Shown: positions 1 to 13,489, numbered from the stretch's first letter. The stretch: DNA of 64,000 nucleotides from Isurus oxyrinchus (GCA_026770705.1 JANJGN010000100.1:992001-1056000), one strand, 5' to 3'. Notes: generated from the letters alone by a model not told the origin. Numbers and translations: made by a program.

Positions 1-75
1 CGTCACCGCCATGGATACCAGGTAACAAATGATACATCTAGAGAGACAACACCTTCTTCGAGACAGGATCACAAT
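1..75 (-). pseudogene. GPR139-like GPCR copy A, 5' part of exon 2 (continues beyond window start)
   Basis: Reverse strand reads ttacag|ATT GTG ATC CTG TCT CGA AGA AGG TGT... = IVILSRRRCCLSRCIICYLVSMAVT, homologous to ILSRGRCGLSKCITRYLVAMAM of copy D. The first 14 nt of exon 2 (CTAACTTGGCAGTG-like) are missing, so splicing from the phase-1 exon 1 is frameshifted. Confidence 0.85.
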
Positions 76-1121
76 CTGTAATACAGATAAAGATATTGTA
101 AGATACGTTGTGTAAGAAAGAGAGATAGAGAGAAAACGCATCTGGGAGAGATCAAGATCAAGAAACTTTGTGAATTTCCTCCACCTGCAGCCCCACAATC
201 CTCTTTCCCACCGCACCCCAACAACCTGCCAATCCCTCAAGAATATTGCTTTAAAGGATTCTGGTGAAAATGATACATATAAGACGTGATTATGAGTTCA
301 AAAGTATCGCAAAAGATAGGGACAATTGTTTCCATGGTTGAAATAATAATCCTAAAACTAAGGTAGGTCAATGACATAAGAACATTATAAAGACACGCAG
401 CAGAGAGCACGAAGACATCCAACAACATTGGAGCAGCAAATAGATAGAAAGTAAAATAAAATATCTACTACATCGACAAATTCTATCCATAATAGTGATG
501 CAGCTGGAAAAAAAAAACAATTGGACAATACCTGTGGAAACTAGCCAGAAAACAAATTATGTCAGGTTGAGCATCAAAACTGACCCCAGTCAACGAATGA
601 CTGTAAAAAATACCGAGCCTTGGAAATGACCGCAGTCAACTTGCTCAATTTGTTTGAGACTGAGAAACAGAACGTTGAGTTTGAGGCAAATACCAATCAT
701 TCATCGAAACGTTACTTTTACGTTGCTTAAATATCTGTCAAAAATCGGTGCCTAATCAGGCTCCTTAGTCAATTGAGCTACTAAGTTCAGCTGGGAAATA
801 TTCAATCAATTATCGATCATTCAACCATTATTGGGAATTATTCCTTTAATCGCAGTGGCAACAAATCAGTGGAAATGCATTTGCACTTTAATATGTTTTT
901 TTTCAATAAACAACGGGAACACGGTCAAGAATACAACTGAACTATTTTTACACTGTCATAAAACTCACAAGAACCTTGTAGCAACACAGTGGAAGTACAA
1001 TTACACCCTGATAACAATGTGCTATTCCATAGAGCCAGTTAGAAAATAAATTTTCATTCACATTGTAACAACATTTTGATTAATCACCCATAGGAACTCC
1101 ATCATAATGGTATGATTATAT

Positions 1122-1640
1122 AAACATAGAAACATAGAAAATAGGAGCAGGAGTAGGCCATTCGGCCCCTCAAGCCTGCTCCGCCATTCGTTATGATCAT
1201 GGCTGATCATCCAATTCAATAACCTGTTCAAGCTTTCCCTCCATACCCTTTCACCACTTTCACCCCAAGAGGGCGAATATCGAAATTCTTCTCAAAAACA
1301 TACAATGTTTTAGACTAAACTACTTTCTGTGGTAGCGAATTTCAGAGGCTCACCTCCCTCTGTGTGCAGAAATTTCTCCTCATCTCAGTCCTAAATGGTC
1401 TGCTCCGTATCCTCAGACTGTGACCCCCGGTTCTGGACTCCCACATCATCGGGGACATCTTCCCTGCATCTACTCTGTCTATTCCTGTTAGAATTTTCTA
1501 GGTTTCTATGATATCCCCCCTCATTCTTCTGCACCCTAACAAATATAGTCCTAACCGAGTCAATCTCTCCTCTTATGTCAGCACTGCCATCCCAGGAATC
1601 AGCCAGGTAAACTTTCATTGCACTCGCTCTTATTTTCCCT
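1122..1640 (-). mobile_element. CR1-type LINE 3' end inserted in intron of copy A
   Basis: Begins with (AAACATAG)2 tail complement followed by ataggagcaggagtaggccattcggccc, typical of an antisense CR1 3' UTR; continues into degenerate RT C-terminal sequence. Confidence 0.75.
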
Positions 1641-2178
1641 GGATATCAGCGCCAACAATGGAATTGCATTTAATGTTTAACAATACGGTGAAAATAATTA
1701 ATCCACAGTAATGGTGTCGATAGCACAATTGAAGTACGTTTACATCGTCAGATGGATAACAGTAAATAATACAAATTATATAATTAAAGCAATGGAATGG
1801 GGTTGGTCATTGGAGGATAGTGCACCATTACAGGGAGGGAATTATAAAGGTAAGATGGGGAATAAGATGGATAGTGGAGAAACTATCACATTCATAGAAA
1901 ATAAATCAACAGCTTGAAGAAAATGCATTATTAAATTAGACAAAAAGAACCTTAAAATGGCGAAGTGATATAGGTAAAATAGCAAAAAAATGTAGTTCAG
2001 GCGTAAAAAAAAGTATATATACCATTTAAAGGGAAAAATGCACGGATGAAGCGGGAAAGTATATCTCATTAAGTGGGAGAAAACATTCGTATCATGGGGA
2101 TGTGCGACAGGCGAAATGGGTTAACTAATGCTGCCTACCATTCACAATTGAAGCTACGAAATAACTACAATACTTTAC

Positions 2179-2248
2179 CTGGAACCCTGATAGCTGCAAG
2201 GACGGGATAGTAAATGGCAAACACCAGACCAGTCGATACTCCATGCAT
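2179..2248 (-). pseudogene. GPR139-like GPCR copy A, coding exon 1
   Basis: ATG at 2248; MHGVSTGLVFAIYYPVLAAIRVP + G, then GTAAAG donor at 2178; 70 nt as in all paralogues. Confidence 0.88.
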
Positions 2249-2299
2249 TTCTATCTGACTCTTTGAGCGGGTTCTGCAAATCGTTATCAAATGGTCATA

Positions 2300-2394
2300 T
2301 CTATACACGGCCCCAGGCTCCAGGGAGATAATTAAATGGCCTGAAACTTTACATTAATTAAATTTAGGTAAAGAAAAACAGATCATTGCAGCTG
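2300..2394 (-). promoter_or_regulatory. Proximal promoter of copy A: TATA-like box, HD + O/E-like composite, E-box
   Basis: TATAGA 2305-2300; TAATTATCTCCCTGGAG 2334-2318; TTAATTA ~2354-2360; CAGCTG 2389-2394. The same layout recurs at all five paralogues. Confidence 0.7.
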
Positions 2395-2779
2395 CTGCTC
2401 AGCTGGTGTTCTGGACTTAATTGCTTGGAATGTTCTTTAATGAGATTTGAAACGAATCTAAAGTGAACCAGCGACATATATATATTGGTTGGATACTGGT
2501 GTTAGGCAAGGCAGTGGTGGTCACTACTGACCACGCTGATAATGGCAAATGTTACTAAGAAAACGTAGAGAAGTTCTCGCTCCTGATTATTGCTCAGCAC
2601 GCGTTGTCACGAATCAGATGCAACCTGTTGTCAACTGCCTTGAGACTATTCACCCGCTTTAACACTACTGTCTGTGTATTAATTGAGGATACATCCAGTT
2701 ACATTCGCTTGTCGTCGGTGTCCATAAGCCCAATTCCTCACGCTTGCATTAAGTGCAAGCTCAGATCTTTTTCATTATG

Positions 2780-3790
2780 TTCATTGTGGACAGGATCAGT
2801 TCATCGTGTGCATTTCCAATATGGAAAACTAAGGTTAAGAGTGGACATGCCTAATTTTCCAAAGGTACATTTGATATCGACATGTCCTGGACAATGTCCG
2901 TAAAGTCAGTGTATACTGCTCTAGTTCGGGTTAATTACATTTTGTTTGTACAGGTTCAGATTGACGTATTCCCATCCAATGTGGACCAGGTTTATTCAAT
3001 GATTTCTGGGCCAGGTCGCATTCAGCATGGAGGAATTCCCTGTGTTCACTAATCTTATCTTCAGTACAGCCTGCTTCAGGAACAGCTCAGCACGATGATA
3101 TCCAGCGAAGAGAGATCCAGTACATAAAAAAATAATTTCATGGTCTGCAAATCATTTCCTCAAGTTAAAGGTAGCGCAGCCTCGAGCATAAGAGTGTTGT
3201 TATATCTATGATGGACAGGGCCACGTCAGGATATTTACAGCTTGGAAAATTTGCAGTTCCGTTCAACATGGTGTCATTCAGTGTGGATTGGTCCAGTTCA
3301 ACATAGAGACATTCAGTGTGGATTGGTTCAGTTCAACATAGAGACATTCATTGTGGACTGGTACAGTTCAGCATGGTGACATTCAGTGTGGACTGGTTCA
3401 GTTCTGCATATTGACATTCAGTGTGGACTGGTTCAGTTCAGCATGGTGATATTGAGTGTGGACTGGTTCAGTTCAGTATGCTGACATTCACTGTGCACTG
3501 TCTCAGATCAGCATGTTGACATTCAGTGTGGGCTGGTTCAGTTCAGCATGTTGACATTCAGTGTAGGCTGGTTCAGTTCAGCATGGTGACATTCAGTGTG
3601 GACTGGTTCAGTTCAGCATGGAAACACATCTTTTTGGCCTGCGTTACACAAGGCATTTTCTTTCTGCTTACACAGGTTCAGTTCTATACAGCACAACTGC
3701 AAAATGACAAAATCCTATTCAGCAGGAATGCCTTCAAATTGAACGGATTCACTTCAGCACGATTACTGGCTTAATGTAGCCGTTCAACTA
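2780..3790. repeat. 35-bp minisatellite upstream of copy A (homogeneous core ~3270-3620, ~10 units; degenerate flanks)
   Basis: Unit GTGACATTCAGTGTGGACTGGTTCAGTTCAGCATG; GTGTGG-like anchors at 3281, 3316, 3351, 3386, 3421, 3456, 3491, 3526, 3561, 3596. Confidence 0.9.
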
Positions 3791-4089
3791 ACAAAGTTAT
3801 ATTTGGTCAGAAATAGTTATATAAAATGCTGGAAAATCTCAGAACGATTCAGTTCCTTTTGCCACAGGCGCTGTCAGATATGCTGTATGTTTCCGAAATG
3901 TTGTATTTTAATTTCTGGTACACAATGCCCTCTGTACATTTCTGTTACGTATAGTGTGCACGGGAGCTTTTCAACAGGTCCCCAGTAATTGGGCATACGA
4001 TTGTATGAACACGAATGTATGACTTTTGCAAAGGCCTTATTCTTTACTGTCCCACTCTGTGCGGACCGTGTCTGGTCAGCGTGCCTCCA

Positions 4090-4390
4090 TGCATTTTGGA
4101 AACACCCCATTCAATCTCTTCCCACCTCAACCTGTTACATGCCTGAAGTCCCCGCCACATGAAAAGTTTCCAGTTTCCTGTCCATATACATTTCCTTTTC
4201 ACTATGGACATGCAGTCTGTCCATCCAACCATCCATCCCCTACCAGGGTAGCTTGACAGATCTTGGTTCATTTCTTGAGATAACTTCCAACTATTTTCAA
4301 TCCTTCACGAGAACACACACCTTCCCTATTTGAATCTGCTGTCACACTGAAAAAAAACTTCTCCTTTCACTCTAGTCACTTCTGTCAAAT
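4090..4390 (-). mobile_element. Degenerate CR1 3' fragment
   Basis: Antisense CR1 3'-end-like wording (tttcctgtccatatacatttcc...ccaaccatcc...ggtagc...cagatc). Confidence 0.4.
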
Positions 4391-4445
4391 AAATATATTG
4401 CTATAGATACACGAATGGATCCTAGTGATATCGGTTGCTTTAATC

Positions 4446-4575
4446 GGAAAGGGTCATGAGGACTCGAAACGTCAACTCTTTTCTCCTCCGCCGATGCTGC
4501 CAGACCTACTGAGTTTTTCCAGGTAATTCTGTTTTTGTTTTAGATTTCCAGCATCCGCAGTTTTCTTTGTTTTCA
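4446..4575 (+). mobile_element. Penelope-like terminal repeat fragment
   Basis: gaaagggtcatgaggactcgaaacgtcaac...gatgctgccagacctactgagtttttccagg...gatttccagcatccgcag; the same element recurs at ~19400, ~23930, ~42940, ~51930, ~60400. Confidence 0.6.
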
Positions 4576-5165
4576 ATGCTTGAAATTTGGTTTGTTTCAT
4601 TCTTCCTCATGTCCCCTCCCTAATCTCCTTCTGCGGCACATTTCTGAGTATATCAGTTCAGTCTCCTGCTCTCAAACGCTGCTCGGGATAGCAGTTAACC
4701 TTATTCCAAATTCCCAACATTCCCAAACCTTGACATTGTCCCCCTCAGTTTTTTCCATTCTTTTCCTTGAATATGCTTGGAGATAAGCTTTCAAATTTCC
4801 CCACTGGTACTCTGACTCCAACAGCACAATTTCCTCGCACACTGCTTCCTATAAATTATGCATTGTATTCTCCGGTTTTTCTGAATCTGCAAAACAACTC
4901 CTCTGAATATTTATCCTTCATACCAATGCTCAGAGAGGGCTTTAATTTCCCTCAGCTGAGGATATCCACACTGTCATGGTTGTGAGAGCAAAAGAGCCTG
5001 CCTGTTCTATTTTCCAACATCCCTTAGCCCTCTAGTAATTATTTTGGGTTTCCCCTACCCTCACACAACCAACCAAAGCATTCAACGTGGAATCCCAATC
5101 CCCTGTCAGGTTCAGGAGGGGCACTTTAATCTGCATCCCTCGCGTTATGATCAACAACTGCAAAA

Positions 5166-5167
<2 letters not shown>

Positions 5168-5204
<37 letters not shown>

Positions 5205-5300
5205 TCTCCCCTTCTCACTGCCACCTCTCCCTTCCCTCTTTCACTCTATCTACCCCCTCCCTCTCTCCCCTCTCTCTCCCCCCCCTCTCTCTCTCCAGGG
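5168..5300. repeat. (CT)n microsatellite / polypyrimidine tract
   Basis: Pure (CT)n 5169-5200 followed by C/T-rich sequence. Confidence 0.95.
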
Positions 5301-5619
5301 AACTGCCCTTTGAGGTGAGGTGAGTGCTTGCCATGGAGCAAAACCTTGCACATGGAGTCTTGCAAGTTGAGAGCCTAAAGCACTGCACCTAACGCTCAGT
5401 TTCAGCTGACGAGGAACTCTTACAATTTAAACACCTGCCTGATATTGAGGGAAGTACACATTTTTTTGAAACAAAGAGATATCGGACCTCCTACGAATGC
5501 AACTGCTGCGTTCATGAAGTCCTGGGGAGGGACTTGAATGTCGAGCGTGTGGCTGAGAGGTAGGAATACTTCCACATGACTTGCATACGACAGCAGCAAC
5601 CTTCCCTATGACCATCTGC

Positions 5620-7160
5620 AGTGCAAGCAAATGAACTGCAACACTTGCCATTTTACCCTCCTCCTCCCAAAAATCAAATGGCTGAAGGTACCAGAAACAT
5701 CAAGAGCGATGGGACCTGATAATATGGCGTCAGCAAATGTGAAGACTTGTGCCTCTGAACTAGCCTCACTGGCAGCAAAATGTTCCAGTGCCCTAACAAT
5801 GCTCTCATCCACCAGACGATGTGAGAGATTGACATTCATGTCCTGACCACAAAAAGTAAGACAAAATCAATGCGCTCAAATATCATCCCATCTGTCTACT
5901 CACACTAATCAGCAAAGTGCTGAAATAATGCTTCGGCAGAGTTATCAGGAGGCACTGACACAGGCGTAGCCTACATACAGATGCTAACCCTGGGCTCATT
6001 CATGTTCACTTGCCTCCTGGCATCATTGTAGACTTAGCCCTATCATGCACAAAGGAGATAAATTGCAAAGGGGCAGCGAGGTTCTCTGTCCATAATATTA
6101 ATGCAGCCTTTGACCACATCTGGCACCAGGTACCTCTGCAAAACTGAGTCAATGGAAATCGGAGGGAATTTCTCCACTAGTTGGAATGATACCTAGCAAA
6201 AAGGAACATGGTTCTCGTTGTTTCATGTTCATCCTCTCTGCCTCAGAATGTACATACACACGTTTATCAGCCTGATGTCCGATATCCTGGAGTTGAAAAT
6301 TGAGAAGGAAATCAACAGGAAAAGCCTAGAAATGCTACAGCTACAAGAGCAGATCAAACACTCCAAGTATTGCAAGGCGCCATTCCAATCTTGCCTCCCC
6401 AAAAGCTGTTCACTATCTGCACGTCCAACTCAGGAATGTGCATGAATATCCTCCCCTTGCAGGGACGAGTACCGTCCCAGCCGCAGTCAGGAAAACGGGC
6501 ACTCTCCAGAAAAGCAATAAACAAACAGCTGTATTGGCAACCATTCACCATCTTGAGCATTTACTTCCTCTACAAAAACTACACTGTGACATCCATGAGA
6601 ACTATATAAAGATGCACTGTTGCATCGCGCCAAGCCTTGTTCCACATAACCTTCCAAACCTCCGATCATTGCGTATTAGAAGGACAAAGACTGCAAACGC
6701 ACAGGTGCACCACCACCTGCAAGATCACGTTCAAGTCACAGAAAATAATGAAAAAAGAGAAAGGGATGAAAATCTTCTTTGTAACTGGGTGTTTTTTTTT
6801 TGCGGAGGGAGAACATGTGGTTCCATTCCGGCTATCTATCAAATGACTGCCAATTATTTTGCAGATTTGATTCAGCTATTGCAAGAAGCTCGGCAGCATC
6901 CAAGGCAAAGCAACACACTTGATTGGCAGCCAATACACAAACATTGACTCATTCCACCACTGCCGCACTGTGGCAGCAATGTGTATCATCTACAAGATGT
7001 ACTGCAACAGCTGCTGAACCATGACGCCTTTTCTTCAGTGTCACTGAGGCAAAATCCTGGAACTTCATCCCAAACTGCCCTGTGGGTTCGCCTGCACCAC
7101 ATGCATCTCAGAGGTTCAAGAAGTCAGCTCTCCTCCACCTTTGTGGAAGCATAAATAAAG
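5620..7160 (+). mobile_element. Decayed CR1-superfamily (HER1-like) LINE RT region and 3' tail
   Basis: ORF fragments SRAMGPDNMAS...KTCASELASLAAK (RT N-terminal KAxGPD motif); tail gttcaagaagtcagctctcctccacctt matches other copies in the window. HER1 name is from memory of shark LINE/SINE pairs. Confidence 0.7.
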
Positions 7161-7639
7161 CAGCATGGCAGAGAATGACAAATTAATATGTTATTGGGTA
7201 GGGGATGATTTGTGCTGAGCTAAGGTATGTTGGTTGGACGGCAAAGAAGTTGGGGAAGAAGAAGGGGAAGGAGAAGAAGAAGAAGTGGAAAAAAAATAAA
7301 AGAATGCTTGAGAAAAATGTAAACTGTTCTGCTAACAGGCAGAGGGGAAAATATCTGTTACCGTCACTCTATAAACAGCCAACATACAGTTGCAGTGGTG
7401 AGTGATCTCCTCTTGTTGTAATGACTTTTTAACGCATTGCTTCACCAATCCAATACAGGTGCCTCCTCCCTAGGTACAGGGCCAAACACTAATAATATTC
7501 CGAGCTCATTCTTAACAACACACTGTAGATTCGCATTACCCGAGCTAGGCAACTACCTATGGATAAAGTCACAATTAGCAAGAATATGTTTTAAATGTTG
7601 AGGCCACAATGAATAAAAAAACAATTTCTTGCTCATTAG

Positions 7640-8452
7640 AGAACTGCTCCCTGTACAAATACGAGGTAATGCATTTTGGAAGGTTTAATACAGGCAGGAA
7701 TTATACATTAAATGGCAGAACACTTAAGAGCATTGATGGGCACAGGGATCTGGATGTACAGAGCCACAGGTCACTGAAAGTGGCAACGCAGTTGGATATA
7801 GTAGTCAGGAAGGCATATGGCATGCTTGCCTTCATTGGCAGGGGTGTTGAGTATAAAAGCTGGGAAGTCATGCTGCAGCTGTATAGAACCTTGGTTAGGC
7901 CACACTTGGAATACTGCGTGCATTTCTGGTCGCCACATTACCAGAAGGATATGGAGGCGTTGGAGAGGATGCAGAGGAGGTTTACCAGGATGCTGCCTGG
8001 TCTGGAGGTTATTTGCTACGTGGAGCGTTTGCTGAAACTCGGATTGTTCTCCCTAGAGTGATGGAGATTGAGGGGCGACTTGATAGAAGTTTACAAAATT
8101 ATGAGTGGCATGGACAGGGTAGATAATCAGAAGTTTATTTTCAGGGTTGAAGAGTCAATTACTAGGGGAACAGAGATTTAAGGTGAGAGGAGAAAACCAT
8201 ACAGGAGATGTGTGGGGCAAAGTTTTTTTACGCTGAGGGTGTTGAGTGTCTGGAATTCGCTGCCAGAGAAGGTGGTGGAAGCAGGTACGATAATGATATT
8301 TAAGAGGCAGCTTGACAAATACATGAATAGGATGGGAATAGAAGAATACGGACCCCAGAAATGCAAAATGTTTTAGTTGACGGGCGATATGATCAGCGCA
8401 GGTGTGGTGGCCGAAGGGCCTATTCTTGTGCTGTACTTTTCTTTGTTCTTTG
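7640..8452 (+). mobile_element. CR1 LINE 3' fragment (RT C-terminus + 3' UTR)
   Basis: ORF 7609-8061: EVMHFGR...KAYGMLAFIGRGVEYKSWEVMLQLYRTLVRPHLEYCVHFWSPHY...ALERMQRRFTRMLPGL; ends in a TTCTTTGTTCTTT tail. Confidence 0.93.
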
Positions 8453-11339
8453 CGCCGAGAATAAAAAGTGAAACGTGGAGCTTCTCGTCGCTGTGCTAAA
8501 GATGAACAAAACCATTGCACAACTATAAATTCCTTATAGAGGAATCAGAGCAAGAATGGCGCTGGTAACGATGCTGGGTTCATTAACCATCATTCGCTGG
8601 GGGGATTTCCATCGCAGAGAGCGGTCAAGGAGAGGGATACAAAGAGCGAATGCGAAATTGGGATAGTTAGGAACACAAATCAGTACATATAAACTTACAC
8701 AGGCACAGACAGACAGAGAGGCACAACCGGTGACTCATACAGCCAGAAAATCAAAGGTGAAATAAATTTCACAAAACCACCTCCATGTTCATTCATATTG
8801 ACTGAGAAAAAAATACAGGCTTGAATTTATTTAGCACAGTTCAATTCAATCTTATAGGCGTGCCAAATTGTATAATAATCTAGAAAGCGTTTCCAAGTGT
8901 AATCTTGTTGTAATGTAATTACAGAGCTCGGTTAAAATGCAGAAGCAGCAAATTGCCAATTAACAGAATAGAATTATTGATAAATCTGGATTTTTTTTAA
9001 ACTTTCTGTACCTCCATATTGATTGATGCTGACCCAAAGCGCTTAATTTTGAAATGTTGTTCAATTAAAATTCCATTGTTCCAGGAAGGGCTGGCACAAA
9101 GAATCAGCCTTCCAACCAGTTTAAAATCAATAAGATTCACTTAAGTTGCATTCTATTTTTATGTCCGATAAGTACACGGAGAATTTTAAGAAGATACGAA
9201 ATGGTAAAGCAACACCTTTGTATCATGAGAAATGCTGCCTGTCACACCCGGCAGTGAATGTTCGGCTGTTACGTCATAGATAGAGATATTAACAAATGTA
9301 TGAGCAAAGGTCATGAATACCTCTCAGTTTCTTACAGAGGTTTTCAATCACGTTTCCTGCTCCAGTGAATCATTTCAACTGTGAATTTGATGAGACTTGG
9401 GTTAATGTTCGAACATTCATTGTTGAACAGAAACAAAAATATCACATTCCCACCTCTCGGTATATAAAGGTCCCAAGTGAAACGACGTAGCGTCAGGCGG
9501 GAGAAAGACAGAGAGAATCAGCCCTAGTCAGAAAAAAATGTCGAAACTGTGAATCTCCCTGATATTGCAAAGGCAAGCATTCACATACACATAAACATGC
9601 AAAACACATATACACGCAGGCAGCTACATACATATGCACATCGACACGTATGTATCTGCCTCTGATAATTTCTATGTTTTTTTCAAGTAGATAGTGACAG
9701 AGAAGCTGTAAGAAACACTGCCGCTAATTGGGCTTAATTTGGTAACACACAGTTTACTAAACTGGAGGACCTGACAAAATTGTCAGGATGCGAGGAGGAC
9801 AGAACTGGTCAGAGCTCAGAAATCAGTTGATGCCAGCACTACCTATTGTGTCGAGTGGTAACGCGGCCGCCATTCCTTCAGCAGCTTAAGTTCATTATCA
9901 CTTGTCAAGCACATACTGGTGTTCAGCTATCAAGACCACCAGAACCCACAAACATATAGAATATCAGCTTAAACTTTCAGAATGTAAGCTAAGAATGTAG
10001 CTAAATTCCTCTTTCAAACACTGTGTCGTTAGGAATATCAAGATCCCATGCTTACTAAGTGTATTTATTAAGCCTTCTTTAATTGAATAATCAGAGTTTC
10101 CAGGCACATGTGGATTCAGGACGGTGTGCAAGTGGCTGCTGGATAACTTAATTAAAATACAATATCATTACAGAGGCATGAACATGCAACAAGAAGTTGC
10201 GGATGAGTATAATTCTCAATTTACACAGTACACAAGATTTTGCAAAGTTCACAAGCCCAGAAATCAAATAGGCCTTTAAAGTTGCTTTCTACTCGCATTC
10301 ATGACAGAGCATTAAACGGACCGTATCAAACTCGAGGCCCCCTGGAGTAAGATCAATGGCTACTGGACAATCACTGTGCCTCTAGGTGTTTTATCCTTTT
10401 CGTGTTAGAAACACTGATGTCAAACTAAGTTAATTTCAGAACCCATTTGATTATTTTCAATGATCAAGCAAACAGTAATAAGGACAACATGACCTAATTG
10501 TATATTGAATTTATTGCAAAGAAACAGCTGTAAATTCTCATAAGTCAAATTTGAAGAAGTTCCATAAACGGTCTACCCAAGGGCCAATAAAAGTCCAAAT
10601 CATCATCCATAGACTTTCACCTTGAAATCGTACAGAAATCTTGGTTTTCATTGCAATATCTATCCAATATAAGTTGCTGGTAACGCATTTGGAAAGAAAA
10701 CATTTGAGCCATTTCTGTACAGGGAACAAATGAATGGTAACAGTACATTCTGGATGTATTGGTATTTCAGCAGGTATAATGAGCAGATGTATCCCTTTAC
10801 TGAATTCGAGCAGGTGAAAGCCAGTTCCGTGGTTTTGTGTCTGCTGGTGGTAACCGACACATACATTCATTCAGATATATCAGCTTTCACCCGCATTGGC
10901 CCTCTGGAGGGAGCACCAGCAGGCTGGGCCCTGGCCACAGTCTGGGCAGTTGAATGGACGCTCCTCCGGCTGGCTGTGTATGTGGGTCAGCAATGAAATA
11001 TAGGATTGAAGCCATTGCTGCACTTGGAACAATGAAGGGCTGACCACTGGTGTGGATCTGTGGGTGGATTACTGTTTGGAATACGTGAAATAACTCTTAA
11101 CCTCACTGAGGAAAGAGCAACGGCCGAACCATCTCCTCGGCTGCAGAGCACCCGCTAGCGCCACAGCAGTTTGGAGGACAGCGGGAATTCCCTCATGCAC
11201 ACTGGACGGGAGAATGTCCTTGCCCCAATGTGTACACACCAATTTGTCGGTGGTTCAGCTACCTTTATCTATTCCCAGAGAAAATTGACTTTAATCGAGA
11301 TCATAATGTGCCTTCGCTGTATAGGTATCATAATTCTAC

Positions 11340-12990
11340 ATCAACTAGGTCAGAATTTTACCGGTGGCCACAATGTCCCAATGTCTCCCAGGCATCCCTT
11401 TGAAAATTCGAATCTGTCTCAGATGCATTGGGATCTTAAGACAACCTTCAGGAGCCTTATTTTCAAAATGCGCCAAACATGTTATCACCCCATGGCCATT
11501 TGAAAATCGCTGCCCTTCCTTCATATTTTGTTTTAAAATACTTCGGAATGTCAATCATAAATTAGATAACATAGCCGTGAGACAGAAGCGGGCGGCCGGT
11601 AAGATAAGGGGTGCCAGTTGAGCGATACAATCAGTTAGGAGTTGTGGCTGGGAGGGAGGACGAGTGCTGACATGGCCGCTGTCAGATTCAAATGGCAGCC
11701 AGCATTAGTTCCAAAGGCAGTCGTTCCATTGGTACAGTGAGGGATAGCAACATAGCAAATAGCAGAGGGAAACTGAGCGTCGGGTCAGTGATGTCACCCT
11801 CCATATGTTCCTCCGATCTGTAGGCTCTCAGAGAGACATCCTGAGAAGATTGGCTGGCCAAGGCAAGGCAGGGATGGAGGGCTGCAACGGAGGAGACAAG
11901 CGACCTTGTACTGGTCCCATATAGGAGCCTGGATTCAGTGCTGAATGAAGATCAATGACATGACCGCCCTGACAAGGCGAATCTGCCTCGAGGTGCATAA
12001 CTATAGCCTGGCAGCCTTCAATGCGACTAATTATGAATCAACTTCCCAGGAGGTGTTGCTCAGGCATTAATATTCGGCTGTGGGTGGAGTGTTGGCCTTT
12101 CCAGGCAAGACACAGTTGAGGCATCCGCGAATACAGCACAGTCTGTGCTAAATGGCCGCATGCCAATCAGCATGATGGGCAGTTAGTCTGCCATCTCATA
12201 GAAGCCACGTGTTTTGATGTGAGGAATAATGGAAATTTATTTTTTTTTGCGGGAAAACAGAGCAAAATCGAAGGGAAAGATCAAGCAGCAGAGGAGGCGT
12301 CTCCGCGAAGGTATGGTTGAAGAGGCGTTGGAGCTGGAAGTTGTAGAAACAGGGCGAGCTATTACTAATTGTGAAACAGGTGTAGTGCTTAGAAAGTAAA
12401 TGAGCTAAAGCATAGGGACAAGGGGCGCACTAGTACAAAGCCCAATGTTCCTCTGTGCTGCACTGGTCAGCTAGCAACGATCAGTCAAGGGGACCAGTTG
12501 ATCTAACTTAATTCTTCCCTCTCTTGCAGGACATGAAGAGGAGAAGCCAGATACCAAGACTGTAGAACATCATCGGAACACTGAGGAGGGAAATAGATTC
12601 TCTGGAGTCCTTGTCAGATAATTCCTTTCAAATCCTCCCGGAGTGCTGATCCATTCAGGATGTTGGGAGGTGGGATGGAAGGAGAGTCAGGGTCACGATC
12701 CCTGGTGGACAGCACAGAAGGTTGCAGAGACACCAAAGTCATGACAGACTGCCGAGCAATGATCAGCTTCAGAATGATGGCATCATTCTGGTGTCATCAG
12801 CAAAACTGCAGATGCAGCAGGAGTCCTGTGAGAATTGGGCAGAGATTCAAGAGAATACGTGCACCTATGGACCATGGTGAAGTTCATTCTCGCCATGAGT
12901 GCAGCACTTTTTCGAGAATGAAAATTATGAATGCACTGCCAGAGATGCCAATGTCACAGCGCTCACATACAATGAAATAATGATATTAAA
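11340..12990 (+). mobile_element. Decayed PIF/Harbinger-like element (Myb/SANT-like gene remnant)
   Basis: 11930-11962 reads WIQC*MKINDM, matching the WxQCRKKxNDL motif of Harbinger-associated Myb/SANT proteins. Boundaries uncertain. Confidence 0.4.
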
Positions 12991-13249
12991 AAACTCTGCC
13001 TCTCTAACATCCCAACCTTACTGGGCTCCCACGTCATCGAGGCTGATGTGAATGTAACGTCCTGTTTCAGCACGGCACAACAACTGGAAACTAACTGAGA
13101 AGAAAGAACCATGTTTAATTATGCATTAATGTTGTGTTCCTTGTATATTCTTAATGAGTAAAGATTTTACAGGGAGGCAACTTTGGAAGCAAGACTGTGA
13201 GTGATATGGTCAGCAGGATGCCCTGCTGCAGTACAAAGTATTGATGAAT

Positions 13250-13432
13250 TATCAATTGTTAAATATTTTAATAATTAGGTTCAGTGGATATTTCACCCCA
13301 TTCTTTAACTCGTCTCTGATTTTACTCTGGGTCCCAGCATAAATAAATGGGTTGAAACAGGAAATCAATAGCTGAAGCATATATACAAATTTCTGGATAA
13401 TGAATGCGACGTTAGTGAAATCAGAATTTGAG
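13250..13432 (-). pseudogene. GPR139-like GPCR copy B, residual 3' end of exon 2 (TM7 + C-tail)
   Basis: Reads ...FIIQKFVYMLQLLISCFNPFIYAGTQSKIRDELKNGVKYPLNLIIKIFKQ; homology stops near 13432, so TM1-TM6 are deleted. Confidence 0.88.
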
Positions 13433-13489
13433 GTATTGGTAACATTGGCGGATATTTTTTATCCCAGTAAACAATTGTTCCCATCCAAC

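Noticed and set aside
3270-3620. Possible CRISPR array (35-bp periodicity)
   Set aside because: Units are contiguous with no unique spacers, there are no cas genes and the context is eukaryotic; it is a minisatellite.
6438-6947. 169-aa ORF
   Set aside because: Lies within a decayed LINE; not an independent gene.
9455-9700. TATATAAAG with downstream possible exon/acceptor
   Set aside because: No associated ORF or paralogous conservation seen.
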